Below are positions 6,964 through 16,066 of a DNA stretch of 35,876 nucleotides, in pieces. The notes below the pieces were generated by a model that was not told the DNA's origin, did no database searches, and saw nothing but the letters and a program-made list of their open reading frames with translations. The stretch's first letter is position 1. Each line of letters begins with the position of its first letter. The position numbers were made by a program, and so were the translations under genes. Source of the stretch: a virus (Duplodnaviria > Caudoviricetes); IMG/VR virus record IMGVR_UViG_3300017565_000340, positions 1 to 35,876 of that record, one strand, 5' to 3'.

Positions 6964-8159
6964 TACACTGCCTCCAGCAAATGCTCAGCGCCGATGGCCG
7001 CATAGTTCACCCGGTCATAACCGTCATCGCCAACAGTGACGGCATCCGGCCTGATCTGACGCACGTCATCCGACATGACGCCCAGCCGCTCTTGCGACTC
7101 GCCCTTGTAGCGATACCGATAGGTCGGGATGCCGTTCGGCAGAATTCCGACACGCGCTATGCTCTCCTTCGCTCGACGGTCAGAACTCATCGCCATCATC
7201 GCGGCAATGCTCGCCAGGCTGATTCCGGTCTGCGTATTCTGCGCGTTGCGCTGCTGTCGATAGTTGTACATGTCGGTCTGGGCGCCATACTGGTTGTTGA
7301 TCGCCCCCATGTAGTCAACGGGTGCTGGGCTGCCAACGTTTGCCGCGGCCCCTGAGTTCATCCCCTGACCCGCACCGCCGCCGCCATACAGCTGCAAGAA
7401 TTCCTGCATCGGAATGTTGCGCTCCGTCAGCCGCTCATTGATGCCCGTGGCGCGGCCCTGGTTTGTCAATTCGGCGTTGGTGATTCGCTCGCCGAACTGC
7501 TGTCCGGCGCGGTCCATGTCGCTCTGACGCACGCGCAGCGCATCTGAGAGCATGCGTGACGCCTCGCTGCCGCCGGCTTGAATGGCCCGGTCTCGCGCAT
7601 CGCCGTAAGCGGCCTGCTTGGTTCGATCGAGGGCGGCCATTTCATTGTTCCAAGCCTCGCTGCCTTCCCGCAGGCCCTGGTTGAGCAGGCGCGTGCGTGT
7701 TGCTTCCCCCTGCTGCTGGAACTGAGGGTCGAGCATTCGCGTCGCTGCACCATAGGTCGCGTCCTCAGCGCGCTGGCGAGCGCCGGCAATATCGCGCTGC
7801 TCGACTGGAATACCACCAACATTCGATTCCTGGACGCCAGTGACCTGTGACGGCAGGCCATTGAGGTTGAACGCGCCTTGGTTTGCGACCTGGCCCAGCC
7901 GGCCAGCTGCGGCCGATCCCATGTTGGTCTGGTTCTGCTGCTGCAGGTCGAATATGGCCTGCTGCTCAGGAGACAGTTCGGTAGTTTGCTCCCAGCGATC
8001 ACCGCCGAGATCTTTGTAGGTCGTGGATCCGAACGGGTTTCGCTCGTTGACGCGATTCAGCGCCGCTCCAGCGCGCAGCGCCTCCAGGTTCAAGCGCCCT
8101 TGTTCGCGCGCGGCCCCGACGTAATCGGGGGCCGGAGGCGGGCTGCCACCACCACTCAT
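6963..8159 (-). CDS. Ejection/pilot protein with C-terminal peptidase S74-like intramolecular chaperone domain
   Basis: N-terminal SPPPAPDY, Gln-rich body; C-terminal SSDRRAKESI..Y.Y.YKG..GVM..V..PDAV..GY..VNY. Confidence 0.75.
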   Translation of the reverse strand: MSGGGSPPPAPDYVGAAREQGRLNLEALRAGAALNRVNERNPFGSTTYKDLGGDRWEQTTELSPEQQAIFDLQQQNQTNMGSAAAGRLGQVANQGAFNLNGLPSQVTGVQESNVGGIPVEQRDIAGARQRAEDATYGAATRMLDPQFQQQGEATRTRLLNQGLREGSEAWNNEMAALDRTKQAAYGDARDRAIQAGGSEASRMLSDALRVRQSDMDRAGQQFGERITNAELTNQGRATGINERLTERNIPMQEFLQLYGGGGAGQGMNSGAAANVGSPAPVDYMGAINNQYGAQTDMYNYRQQRNAQNTQTGISLASIAAMMAMSSDRRAKESIARVGILPNGIPTYRYRYKGESQERLGVMSDDVRQIRPDAVTVGDDGYDRVNYAAIGAEHLLEAV

Positions 8160-8163
8160 GATT

Positions 8164-8586
8164 TCACCTTAGCCACTGACAGTCCTTCGCGTGCAGCGCG
8201 TAGACGAACATGTCGCCGTCCGGTGCTGCGTGAGCGAGGGTGGCCTCGCGGTGAAAGCCCAGGCGCGTCAGAAAGCGTTGCGAGACCGTGTTGGCCTCGT
8301 ACACCAGCGCGGAGATACGCTGGCACCCAAGCTGTCTGAAGGGATAATCGAAGATGACCCGTAGCGCGTGCCGGGTTGCCCAGCGACGCTGGAATGCAGG
8401 GTCAACGGCGATTGCCGCCCAGACGTTAGCGCCGTTGTACATCGTGTAGGCTACGCCCGCAACAAGTGATTCTCCACAGGTGAAGCCTATTGCCGCGCCC
8501 TGTCCCTTGACCCATTGCCCCCGAGTGCGCGCGAATATCCAAGTACCAACATCATCGTCCGCCCCGACCAGGGCATTCAGGTTCAT
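8164..8586 (-). CDS. GNAT-family N-acetyltransferase (tail-module associated)
   Basis: IFDYPFRQLGCQRISALV..N..SQRFLTRLGFHREA; start set to ATG 8586 (ATGA overlap with the nozzle stop). Confidence 0.85.
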   Translation of the reverse strand: MNLNALVGADDDVGTWIFARTRGQWVKGQGAAIGFTCGESLVAGVAYTMYNGANVWAAIAVDPAFQRRWATRHALRVIFDYPFRQLGCQRISALVYEANTVSQRFLTRLGFHREATLAHAAPDGDMFVYALHAKDCQWLR

Positions 8587-10163
8587 ATCTCGCCCGGTTC
8601 GAAGACATAGGAGATCGCAGACAGATGCACGTTGGATTTGCTGCTCTTGATGGTCATGTGGAAGGCACCGGTAAACCCGATGCCCTCGGCGCCATACCAA
8701 TCCTTGAGCAGTTGAATTTCGCCGCCCCACTGCGACTGATCCCACGTCCCAGCATCCCATTGCGCGCCGGTTGACTGTGGAAGCGTTACGGCTCCAGTGG
8801 GCGCGGTGGAAATGAAATCAACATCGACGCCAATCAATATTTCTGCGGGGTTCGAGTCCCATCCGATGATGGGTCGCACCATCGTGAAATGCTTGGTCAC
8901 ATTGGAGTTACTGAACGCGCTGAATGCGCACAGCACCTCCGACTCAATGGCAAGCCCAAGGTCCGCGGTGCCGGTCCAGGCTTTGCAGACAGCGCCCTTC
9001 GCGCCAAAATACAGCTGACCGTTGAACACCTCGAAGCAGTTGGCCGGCCAGCCAGGGTTTGCGCCCATCGGGCGGAACCGGCACCAGCGCTTCGTCACGG
9101 TGTTCATGACGAACTGCTGCTGCAGACCGGAGGCAACTGGCACATTGACCAACAGCATGGTGCCGGCCGGGAACAGCGTGGCCTCCCAGCCAAACGTCGA
9201 TCCGTACAATTGCACGGCAGTCGCCATGGCAGTTTGAATCGCATCCGTGATGGCAACCGTCCGATCCTCTTTCGCCTTCGCCAGACGTGAACAGGGGATG
9301 ACACCGTCCGTCGTGATAATCAGCAGATCACCGCCCAGTTGCTCCAGGCAGCGCCGACCAATGGGCGTACCAATGGTGTAAAGCCCGACTTTGGCCCACG
9401 TCGAGGACGATGCGGGGTCTGTGCCGGCATAGACGGCCACCTCGCCCTCGCTCGTCACGAATACCGCCAGGTCGTCTGATCCGTCGCCGCCATCGAGCGT
9501 CCAGGTGCCCATGGCCATCAGGTAGCCGCCCTTCTTGAACACGGAGCCCAGCGGAAACTTAGTGAGCGCCCCAGCGAACGCCCCCGCATCCGAATACCAA
9601 ACATCGAGCGAATTCGCCGGGATGTACCAAACGCGCTCCTTATGTACATGGATGCCAACCAGGGTATTTGTCGCCACGCTAGTGATCGCGGGACTGGTAC
9701 CAGCGTCGATGGTGGTCCAGGACGACCCGTCATAGCGCAGCATGTCATCAGCGCCATTCACGCACAGCAGCTCGTGACCACCGCCGCTCGCGGTGAAATT
9801 TACATGCTGCCAGCGCGCATGCGTCAGACTACCGACCAGCGCCGAGCCGACCGTTCCCGCGCTCGATACGTCGTAAAGGGAGTCTCCGGCCCAGCCAAAT
9901 AGTTTCTGGTTGCCGGACTCGGGCCGATATGCCGCGAGCGTTTGCACCTCAGCACCACTACCGATGTCGGTAACATGCGCCGCTGATCCCTTGCGCAGCA
10001 TGATGTCCGAGGCCTGCGGAAACCAGTTGTCCAGAATGACCGCGTCTGCCTCGTGCATCGAGGCAATCGAATCGTGCGCGTTCCAGCCGCGAACCGGCGC
10101 TGGCTTGGTCCTCGCTATCGCGACCCGCTTACGCCCGGAACCGCCCCCGGCTGGCGTTCTCAC
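8583..10163 (-). CDS. Tail nozzle / head-closure protein (P22 gp10 / tail tubular B-like)
   Basis: 526 aa, beta-propeller-like composition, PAPVRGWNA N-terminus; follows the adaptor gene. Confidence 0.8.
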   Translation of the reverse strand: MRTPAGGGSGRKRVAIARTKPAPVRGWNAHDSIASMHEADAVILDNWFPQASDIMLRKGSAAHVTDIGSGAEVQTLAAYRPESGNQKLFGWAGDSLYDVSSAGTVGSALVGSLTHARWQHVNFTASGGGHELLCVNGADDMLRYDGSSWTTIDAGTSPAITSVATNTLVGIHVHKERVWYIPANSLDVWYSDAGAFAGALTKFPLGSVFKKGGYLMAMGTWTLDGGDGSDDLAVFVTSEGEVAVYAGTDPASSSTWAKVGLYTIGTPIGRRCLEQLGGDLLIITTDGVIPCSRLAKAKEDRTVAITDAIQTAMATAVQLYGSTFGWEATLFPAGTMLLVNVPVASGLQQQFVMNTVTKRWCRFRPMGANPGWPANCFEVFNGQLYFGAKGAVCKAWTGTADLGLAIESEVLCAFSAFSNSNVTKHFTMVRPIIGWDSNPAEILIGVDVDFISTAPTGAVTLPQSTGAQWDAGTWDQSQWGGEIQLLKDWYGAEGIGFTGAFHMTIKSSKSNVHLSAISYVFEPGEI

Positions 10164-10876
10164 AGCGGCCAGCTACCAGGTGACACGGCAAAGCGCCGCT
10201 CGCGCGTCGGCGTACCGGCAGCCAGAGACAGCGCGCGCTTGGTGCCGTCGCGGTCCATGGCCACGGCGACCAAGCGTTCGTAGGAATTGAATTCCTCTGC
10301 GTAGCTCAGTCCCTTGGCTTTCCGCCATCGCCAATCCAATCCCGCGATCATGATTTCGGCGTCGAGGACCACCTCGTCCTCATCCTTCGTGATCGCGCTG
10401 CGCTGCTCCTGTCCGTCGTCGGACGTGCACCAGTTCCGAGTCACATACTCGAATGCGATTTCCTCACCCGCGCCCGGAGCCGGTAATAGCAACAGATGAC
10501 TGCCGCGGATTCGATACTCAGTGTACGGGCCCGTGCGGCCAAGCGTCTTCGCTACCTGCCAATCCACCGAACTTTTCGGACCGTAGATTGGCTGATTCGT
10601 GGATCGATTCCACAGCGTATCGTTGAGGATGTGCCGATAGGCGTTCGGTGCGCCGATGATGTCCGTGAGCGACCCCTGGTCCTCAGCTGCCGCCGATGGG
10701 AAGGTTTTCTCACGGACGAGAACCTCCCAGTCGTAACGCACGGAAAGCTGCCGGCCTTCCGAATTCAGCAGACCCAACAGCTGCCGGATCGAGGTATCGC
10801 TCGACCCGGTGACAGTATTGGGTTGCGGCAATCCGATGTTCTGGCAGGCCGCGCGGACAATCTCAAGCGCGTTCAT
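10160..10876 (-). CDS. Head-tail adaptor (tail tubular A-like)
   Basis: MNALEIV..AC..IGLP.P, LN..G..L...YDW..L and W.WRKAKGLSYAEEF..YE patterns; synteny. Confidence 0.8.
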   Translation of the reverse strand: MNALEIVRAACQNIGLPQPNTVTGSSDTSIRQLLGLLNSEGRQLSVRYDWEVLVREKTFPSAAAEDQGSLTDIIGAPNAYRHILNDTLWNRSTNQPIYGPKSSVDWQVAKTLGRTGPYTEYRIRGSHLLLLPAPGAGEEIAFEYVTRNWCTSDDGQEQRSAITKDEDEVVLDAEIMIAGLDWRWRKAKGLSYAEEFNSYERLVAVAMDRDGTKRALSLAAGTPTRERRFAVSPGSWPL

Positions 10877-10882
10877 GGGAGG

Positions 10883-11518
10883 CTACGCTGCGGAGCGACG
10901 CCGCGGCTTCTCGGCCTGATCGGTCGGCTGCTGCCGTTCGATGGCTGCAGTCAGCTGATCGATCCTGCCCCGCAGTTCCGCGACTTCGGCCTTGAGGTTC
11001 ACATTCTCATCGCGCAACAGCGCGAGTTCCTCCGCGCCCTTGCCGGCTTCTGCCGAATCGAGATAAGCCTGTGCTCGCCGCTTCAGATCCCGAGCACCCA
11101 TGCCGATTCGCTGCAACGCCTGCTCGGGTGCTGCCGCCAAATCCTCCACCGAGCGAATGCCTGCACCAATGAGCGTTTCCGCTGTTGCGCGTGAAATCGC
11201 CGCCCAGTTGCGCACATGCAGTCCGATGACCTTGTCGGGGTCTGCGCCCTCCTTCCAGTCATTGTACTGCTCGCGAAAGAACTTCGCCCATTCTCGTGAG
11301 TAGTCTCCGCGCTGAGATTGACGATCGATGTAGTCGAGCCATTCGGTGGCGACTTTCTCGACCGTGTCCTTGGAGCCCAGGGGATGCAGGATGGCGAAGT
11401 CCACCGACTTCATGACCAGGCCGCCTTGCGCAATCGTTTCGGCGCGATCTTCTACCGCGCGTTCCTCGAACTCCACAAACGGAGGGCGCGCCTGTTGTGT
11501 TGCTTCACGTAGGGACAT
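10883..11518 (-). CDS. Conserved phage protein with helix-hairpin-helix-like segment and C-terminal coiled coil
   Basis: AETLIGAGIRSVEDLA..LQRIGMG motif; heptad tail; located between decoration and adaptor genes. Confidence 0.7.
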   Translation of the reverse strand: MSLREATQQARPPFVEFEERAVEDRAETIAQGGLVMKSVDFAILHPLGSKDTVEKVATEWLDYIDRQSQRGDYSREWAKFFREQYNDWKEGADPDKVIGLHVRNWAAISRATAETLIGAGIRSVEDLAAAPEQALQRIGMGARDLKRRAQAYLDSAEAGKGAEELALLRDENVNLKAEVAELRGRIDQLTAAIERQQPTDQAEKPRRRSAA

Positions 11519-11588
11519 ATGGGGTACTCATTCCGCGCGTCCCTGCAAAGGGGGTGGGGAGGCGTCCCTGCCTACCCCATGGGACGAG

Positions 11589-12077
11589 TTACGCCGCGGA
11601 ACCGTCGTCAACGAACGGGCGGTCAATCTCGATCTCAGCCAGGCCGGCGGAAGGCGTGCCATCGGCAGAGGCGAATTTCGCGTTCTTCACGCGATCACCG
11701 GCCACCACGGCATCGTCGAGCTGGCCCGGAGTTGCGGTCGCATACACGAGCGCGCCGTCAACCACCGTGCCGGCCTTCGCAACTGCCTTACCCTTGATCT
11801 GGTACCAGCCGTATTGATCGGCGACGTTTGCCGCCATCGCAAAGCTGACTGAACCAATATCGTTCGCCACTAGCAGCGACGTGGACCAGTCGTCGGGGGC
11901 ATACAGCGCCACCGAACCAATCGCGGTATTGGCTGCGCCCTTCAGGTAGATGAACTCGCCTGCGCCGTACACGGGGTCCACCGCGCTGACGACCTGGCCG
12001 AGCGGATGATGCTGCACCGTGTCGGTCTCATGGATGCCCTGAGAGCCGATGATGCTGTCTACGATTCGAAATGACAT
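11589..12077 (-). CDS. Capsid decoration/cement protein
   Basis: 162 aa immediately after the MCP; HPLG..GEFIYLKG and QYGWYQI.G motifs; AGGAGAG RBS. Confidence 0.7.
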   Translation of the reverse strand: MSFRIVDSIIGSQGIHETDTVQHHPLGQVVSAVDPVYGAGEFIYLKGAANTAIGSVALYAPDDWSTSLLVANDIGSVSFAMAANVADQYGWYQIKGKAVAKAGTVVDGALVYATATPGQLDDAVVAGDRVKNAKFASADGTPSAGLAEIEIDRPFVDDGSAA

Positions 12078-12093
12078 GTCACTCTCCTGGGCT

Positions 12094-13092
12094 TCAAGCC
12101 TTCATGACGCCCTGGTTGCGGCGGTTGGAACAGGCCAGATTGCCCTGGAAGATCATCGGAATGATGATGGCGTCCTGATCGACGGACCGAAGCTCTTCCA
12201 TCAGCTCCATGTCGGCATCCTCGTGCACGCACAACTCCAGGTTGTCCGTGTTCACAAAGTAGCCGTGCGCGGTCGGGATGCCAGACGCAGCCGAATCCCA
12301 GAACACATCCGAGCCCTTGTACTTCATCCGCACAAAGCCGGCATCCGCTTCCTCGTCCGAGCTGGCATAGCGCTTGTTCGGCGTTTCGCTCTGCTCGAAG
12401 AAGGTGAAGTAGTCCTCCGACAGGGTGATGAAATCGGGCACCTCGCTGCCATGCGTCAGCCGCAGGTACAGCGGCAGCATGAGCGATTGAATGGTGGCCG
12501 CACTCACCGTGATTCCCGCGCCACCTTGCAGCGGCGAAGCGGCGGACTGAACGACGTTCTTCCAGAACTCGCCCAGTGTGGTGCCAGCATTGATGCCGCC
12601 AACCGTGCCCTGGCCGTTGTCCGCAATCAGCGCCTGCAGACCGTTGATCTGGTTGGTGGCCGCGCCGTCCGAGTACAGGTCGCGCGACAAGCCGTTAGCC
12701 ATCGACTTGCGGCAGTTGTTGATCTTGGTCTTGACGAGATTAACCATGCGGTTCTCGCCCTTGTTGTTGCGGATTTCGCCGCCGTTCGCAGCCACGTTGG
12801 CGCTGACATACCGCCACGGATATTCCGCAGACGTGATGACATCCACTGCCTGGATGTTCAGCTTGTCGTAGCCGCTGTACCGCAGGTACGTCGAGTTCTC
12901 GGCGTATTCCAGCGGGCGCACGATGGACAAGCCACCGTCGAGCCGCGTATAGCGACCCTTCTTGTACAAGCGCCGGAACAGCGCATTGTGATTCGACATG
13001 TTGTCGGCGACTTCCGTCTTGTGATTGCGGTGAGTCGTCGACACCATTTCGGTGAAGACATTGAAGAGACTGGACTGGCCGGGTGACGGCAT
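12094..13092 (-). CDS. Major capsid protein
   Basis: 332 aa after the scaffold; ADN..NHNAL..L..KG..GG..I..PLEYAEN, LYSDG..NQINGL and GNLACSNR..QG motifs. Confidence 0.9.
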   Translation of the reverse strand: MPSPGQSSLFNVFTEMVSTTHRNHKTEVADNMSNHNALFRRLYKKGRYTRLDGGLSIVRPLEYAENSTYLRYSGYDKLNIQAVDVITSAEYPWRYVSANVAANGGEIRNNKGENRMVNLVKTKINNCRKSMANGLSRDLYSDGAATNQINGLQALIADNGQGTVGGINAGTTLGEFWKNVVQSAASPLQGGAGITVSAATIQSLMLPLYLRLTHGSEVPDFITLSEDYFTFFEQSETPNKRYASSDEEADAGFVRMKYKGSDVFWDSAASGIPTAHGYFVNTDNLELCVHEDADMELMEELRSVDQDAIIIPMIFQGNLACSNRRNQGVMKA

Positions 13093-13139
13093 GATGTTGC
13101 TCCGCGAAAATTCCTACTCCGCGAACGCCACCCGGTTCT

Positions 13140-14279
13140 TCAGTGCGTACCCATTGCTTTGCGATACGCCGCTCGGGCGGTGTCCTCCATTGATCCGGGC
13201 TTGGCGGGTGCCGGGGGTGTCCCACGGCGATGCACATTTGCACCGGAGGCCTTGCGGGCAGCGGCGGCTTCCTCCGCTTCCTTCTTGCGGCGCTCGGCTT
13301 CTTGTTTGGCAAGGAGCTTTGCGCGCACTTCGGGATGACTCCAGATCGCTTTTTCGTAGGCTTCCTGGAGATTGGTTGCCCGGCCGTTGACCAAAAGCGC
13401 GGTCATGTCCTCCGCGACGGTACGCGCGTGTTCGTTCTTGGGGTCGTTGAGAAACGCCAGGACGGTACGCTCGTCTTCGTCGCGCAGTTCTTGTTCGCGC
13501 TGCTGGTCGGCCTGCTGGATGCGGGTTTCGAGCTGCTGCACCCGTTGTAGAACGGGTGAGAAGTCGGGAGCCGCCTGTGACGGTGCACGTTGGCGCAGCG
13601 ACATCACAGTGTCGATATTGATACCGTAATCGTCGGCCATCTTCAAGAAGACTTGCGCTTTTGATTCTTCATTGCCGGTGACCATGGTATTGAGCGAAGC
13701 CATGATGTCGCGCACCACGGTCTGCGGCGTGACGCCTCGCTGCTGCATGATCCGCTGGTACGGCAGCATTTCCTGTGCGATGGTGGAGCCAAAGCCCGCG
13801 GCGTCCTTGTACTGCCGAATGCCGTCGTGGAATTGCTGTTCGCGCCGGTGGACCTGCTCGCGGACGTTCTCGGGCAACGCTGACCACGTTTCGGACAATT
13901 CCTTGCGCCAGGTACTCGGAAAGGCGTCGTGAGGCTTGGCCTGCGCCGCTGGGTCAGTCGCAGCCGGGGCGGCGCCTTCGGGCTTGTCTGCAGCAGCGGC
14001 AACTTCAGTGCCAGCTTGCTTCGCGAACCGGCCATCAGCACCGCGGGCCTTGCCGGTTTGCTTTGCTGCAGGGTCGCTGCCCTCGCCAGTTTCTTCGTCA
14101 TGGCCGCCCTCAGCCATCAGGGCGCGGTAGGTTTCGCGCGCCGTGTCCTCCAGGGTGGGCGCAGCGCCACCGGCTTCAGCTTCTGAAGTGGCAGCGCCTA
14201 CAGCATCGGCTTCGCCGCCACCGCCGCCCAAGTCGCCCTCAGGCGCCAGCAATCGCATGGTCAGAAATCGGGGATTCAT
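13140..14279 (-). CDS. Capsid scaffolding protein
   Basis: Acidic low-complexity N-terminus, RGADGRFA and PSTWRKE..W..LP..V.....RRE motifs, coiled coils; directly upstream of the MCP. Confidence 0.85.
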   Translation of the reverse strand: MNPRFLTMRLLAPEGDLGGGGGEADAVGAATSEAEAGGAAPTLEDTARETYRALMAEGGHDEETGEGSDPAAKQTGKARGADGRFAKQAGTEVAAAADKPEGAAPAATDPAAQAKPHDAFPSTWRKELSETWSALPENVREQVHRREQQFHDGIRQYKDAAGFGSTIAQEMLPYQRIMQQRGVTPQTVVRDIMASLNTMVTGNEESKAQVFLKMADDYGINIDTVMSLRQRAPSQAAPDFSPVLQRVQQLETRIQQADQQREQELRDEDERTVLAFLNDPKNEHARTVAEDMTALLVNGRATNLQEAYEKAIWSHPEVRAKLLAKQEAERRKKEAEEAAAARKASGANVHRRGTPPAPAKPGSMEDTARAAYRKAMGTH

Positions 14280-14282
14280 GTT

Positions 14283-14666
14283 CTATTCGCTCCCGTCGAG
14301 AGCCGCGCGTTTCTGCGGCGGCAGTTGGTGCCACGCTCGATGCGCGGCGTCGGTCAATTTCGTATCGTCCTTGGCCTCCTTGTAGGCGCGCTGTCGCGCG
14401 GCCTCCTTGCGCTCCTGATCGAACCCTTCCCATGGGCGTGACCTTGAGCGCTTGAAGTCGTCACGCCGTGCTGTGCGCGTACCGATCACGCGCCCCGTCG
14501 TAGGCGAGACATACGCCTGAATATCGTCCTGCACGAATGAGCCACTGATAATTCGATTCATCCGCTGTCCGCAGCAGCTCGGCACATGATCATTGCGCTC
14601 ATCGACGATGGCGAAATAGTCGGCCCGCCGATGGCAAACACCGCATTCGGCCTCGTATACCGGCAT
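14283..14666 (-). CDS. FmdB-like zinc-ribbon protein
   Basis: MPVYEAECGVC...PSCCGQRMNRIIS, then YVSP.TG..I.TR..RR. Confidence 0.8.
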   Translation of the reverse strand: MPVYEAECGVCHRRADYFAIVDERNDHVPSCCGQRMNRIISGSFVQDDIQAYVSPTTGRVIGTRTARRDDFKRSRSRPWEGFDQERKEAARQRAYKEAKDDTKLTDAAHRAWHQLPPQKRAALDGSE

Positions 14667-15121
14667 CAGGCAGCCTCGCTCACGCAGACGTCGCCGGCCT
14701 GCTTCAGTCCGATGCCGCCCAGCACCAAGTCAGGTGTACCTGTGGACACGATGACCTCGCCCCGCGCCGTCATGCCCCAGCCCGCAACATGACAGGCAAT
14801 CGCCCCCGCAAGCAGCACGCACATGGCGCCATCGGGCCGGCGAGCAATGCCACCGTGGTGGGTCACTGCTCCGCTCGCAGGCCAGGGGCAAACGTAGCGC
14901 TGGCCAGTCTGTGAGTGAGCGAAGCCGTTGATGTAGACCGCCCCGGCCGGCACAGGCACGCCATCGCCCAGATAGATCGTGCCGATGACGCCGGTATCGT
15001 CAACGGCAGTCCCGCCGACGAAACCGCCACCGCCCGCGGGGGGCGGTACGCTGTCGTCCCTCCATAGGCCGTCCTTCCAGAGGCCCTCCTTCCAGACGCC
15101 ATCTGTCCAGACCTTGGACAT
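14666..15121 (-). CDS. Hypothetical virion-associated protein with N-terminal Trp pentad repeat
   Basis: 151 aa; VWTDGVWKEGLWKDGLW then PPPAGGGG linker; coupled to both neighbours. Confidence 0.7.
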   Translation of the reverse strand: MSKVWTDGVWKEGLWKDGLWRDDSVPPPAGGGGFVGGTAVDDTGVIGTIYLGDGVPVPAGAVYINGFAHSQTGQRYVCPWPASGAVTHHGGIARRPDGAMCVLLAGAIACHVAGWGMTARGEVIVSTGTPDLVLGGIGLKQAGDVCVSEAA

Positions 15122-16056
15122 TACGGCACCACATCAAACGGATTGGCCGACCCGTCGCCGGTCAGGGTCTTGCCGTTGATCTTGCTGATATTCACGCCGA
15201 TCAACAGCTGATCGACAATGCCGTCAATGACTGCGGTCGCCGACGACAGGCCACTCAGCTGGGTATCCAGATTCGCCGACGACAACCCCAATGCGGTGCG
15301 CACATTGCCCTGCGCCGTCGAGGTGAGCCCATTGACCGTGCCTCCCACGTTGCCCGTTACAGAGCCCACCGAGCCCGACAGGCTGCCAGTGATATCACCC
15401 ACAATGTCGAACGTCTGCGTGCCGGTAATCGTGCCTGAGGGCGTGGGCCACAGCTCCCAGTAATCGCCGTTGGTCAGCGTGAGCGCGGTTGACGGAGCGA
15501 ACGTCGCAACACCCGTGCCCGTGTCGTATGACGTGATGACTGCCGCAAAATGACGCGCAGGGATCACCAGTGTCATGCCGGCAAGCTGGCTGGTGGATCC
15601 AGGTGCATTGGTGCCCAGATCGGCCGTAGTGGAACTGTGCGTGCCGCTCAACGTACCGCGCGCGTCTTGGCCGGCATTGACCTTGCGCAGGCTGAAACTG
15701 CACACCGGCTGGCCGACCACCGATACGCTATCTACCGTACCCGTGGTGATGACCGCCTCATAGTTGGAGCCCGGCGTATATGCTGCATCCGTGGTCACAA
15801 CTCGCAGATGATTCAGCCCGGTGCGCGCGTCAAAATCGGCCGTCAGCGTGACGCCGGCCGTGATCTCGGTCGTGCCGTTGTCCTTGTAGATCGACACCAC
15901 CGGGGTGCCGGCCAGCGTATAGCTCGCGCCCGTGCTCGGACGGACCGTGCCGAAATTGCAATCGACCGTATCACCGGGCGCGTAATCACCCACGTAGCCG
16001 CCGGCAAATGCGCTGGCAGCAAACAGCAACCCGAGCAGCGTGATGTAACGTTTCAT
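15121..16056 (-). CDS. Thr/Gly/Ser-rich fibre-like protein with Sec-type signal peptide
   Basis: Start set to ATG 16056 (AGGA RBS): MKRYITLLGLLFAASAFA|GGYVGD; GSVGSVTGNVGG fibre-like repeats. Confidence 0.75.
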   Translation of the reverse strand: MKRYITLLGLLFAASAFAGGYVGDYAPGDTVDCNFGTVRPSTGASYTLAGTPVVSIYKDNGTTEITAGVTLTADFDARTGLNHLRVVTTDAAYTPGSNYEAVITTGTVDSVSVVGQPVCSFSLRKVNAGQDARGTLSGTHSSTTADLGTNAPGSTSQLAGMTLVIPARHFAAVITSYDTGTGVATFAPSTALTLTNGDYWELWPTPSGTITGTQTFDIVGDITGSLSGSVGSVTGNVGGTVNGLTSTAQGNVRTALGLSSANLDTQLSGLSSATAVIDGIVDQLLIGVNISKINGKTLTGDGSANPFDVVP

Positions 16057-16066
16057 GACTGATTTC

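Noticed and set aside
5674-7005. 443-aa plus-strand ORF (also 4139-5026, 12049-13086 and 18705-19958)
   Set aside because: Antisense shadows of well-supported structural genes in GC-rich DNA; Arg/Leu-rich with no motifs.
11535-11585. Terminator after the capsid decoration gene
   Set aside because: A hairpin (GGGGTAGGC/GCCTCCCC) is present on the minus strand, but the U-tract is short and separated from the stem, so it was not called.
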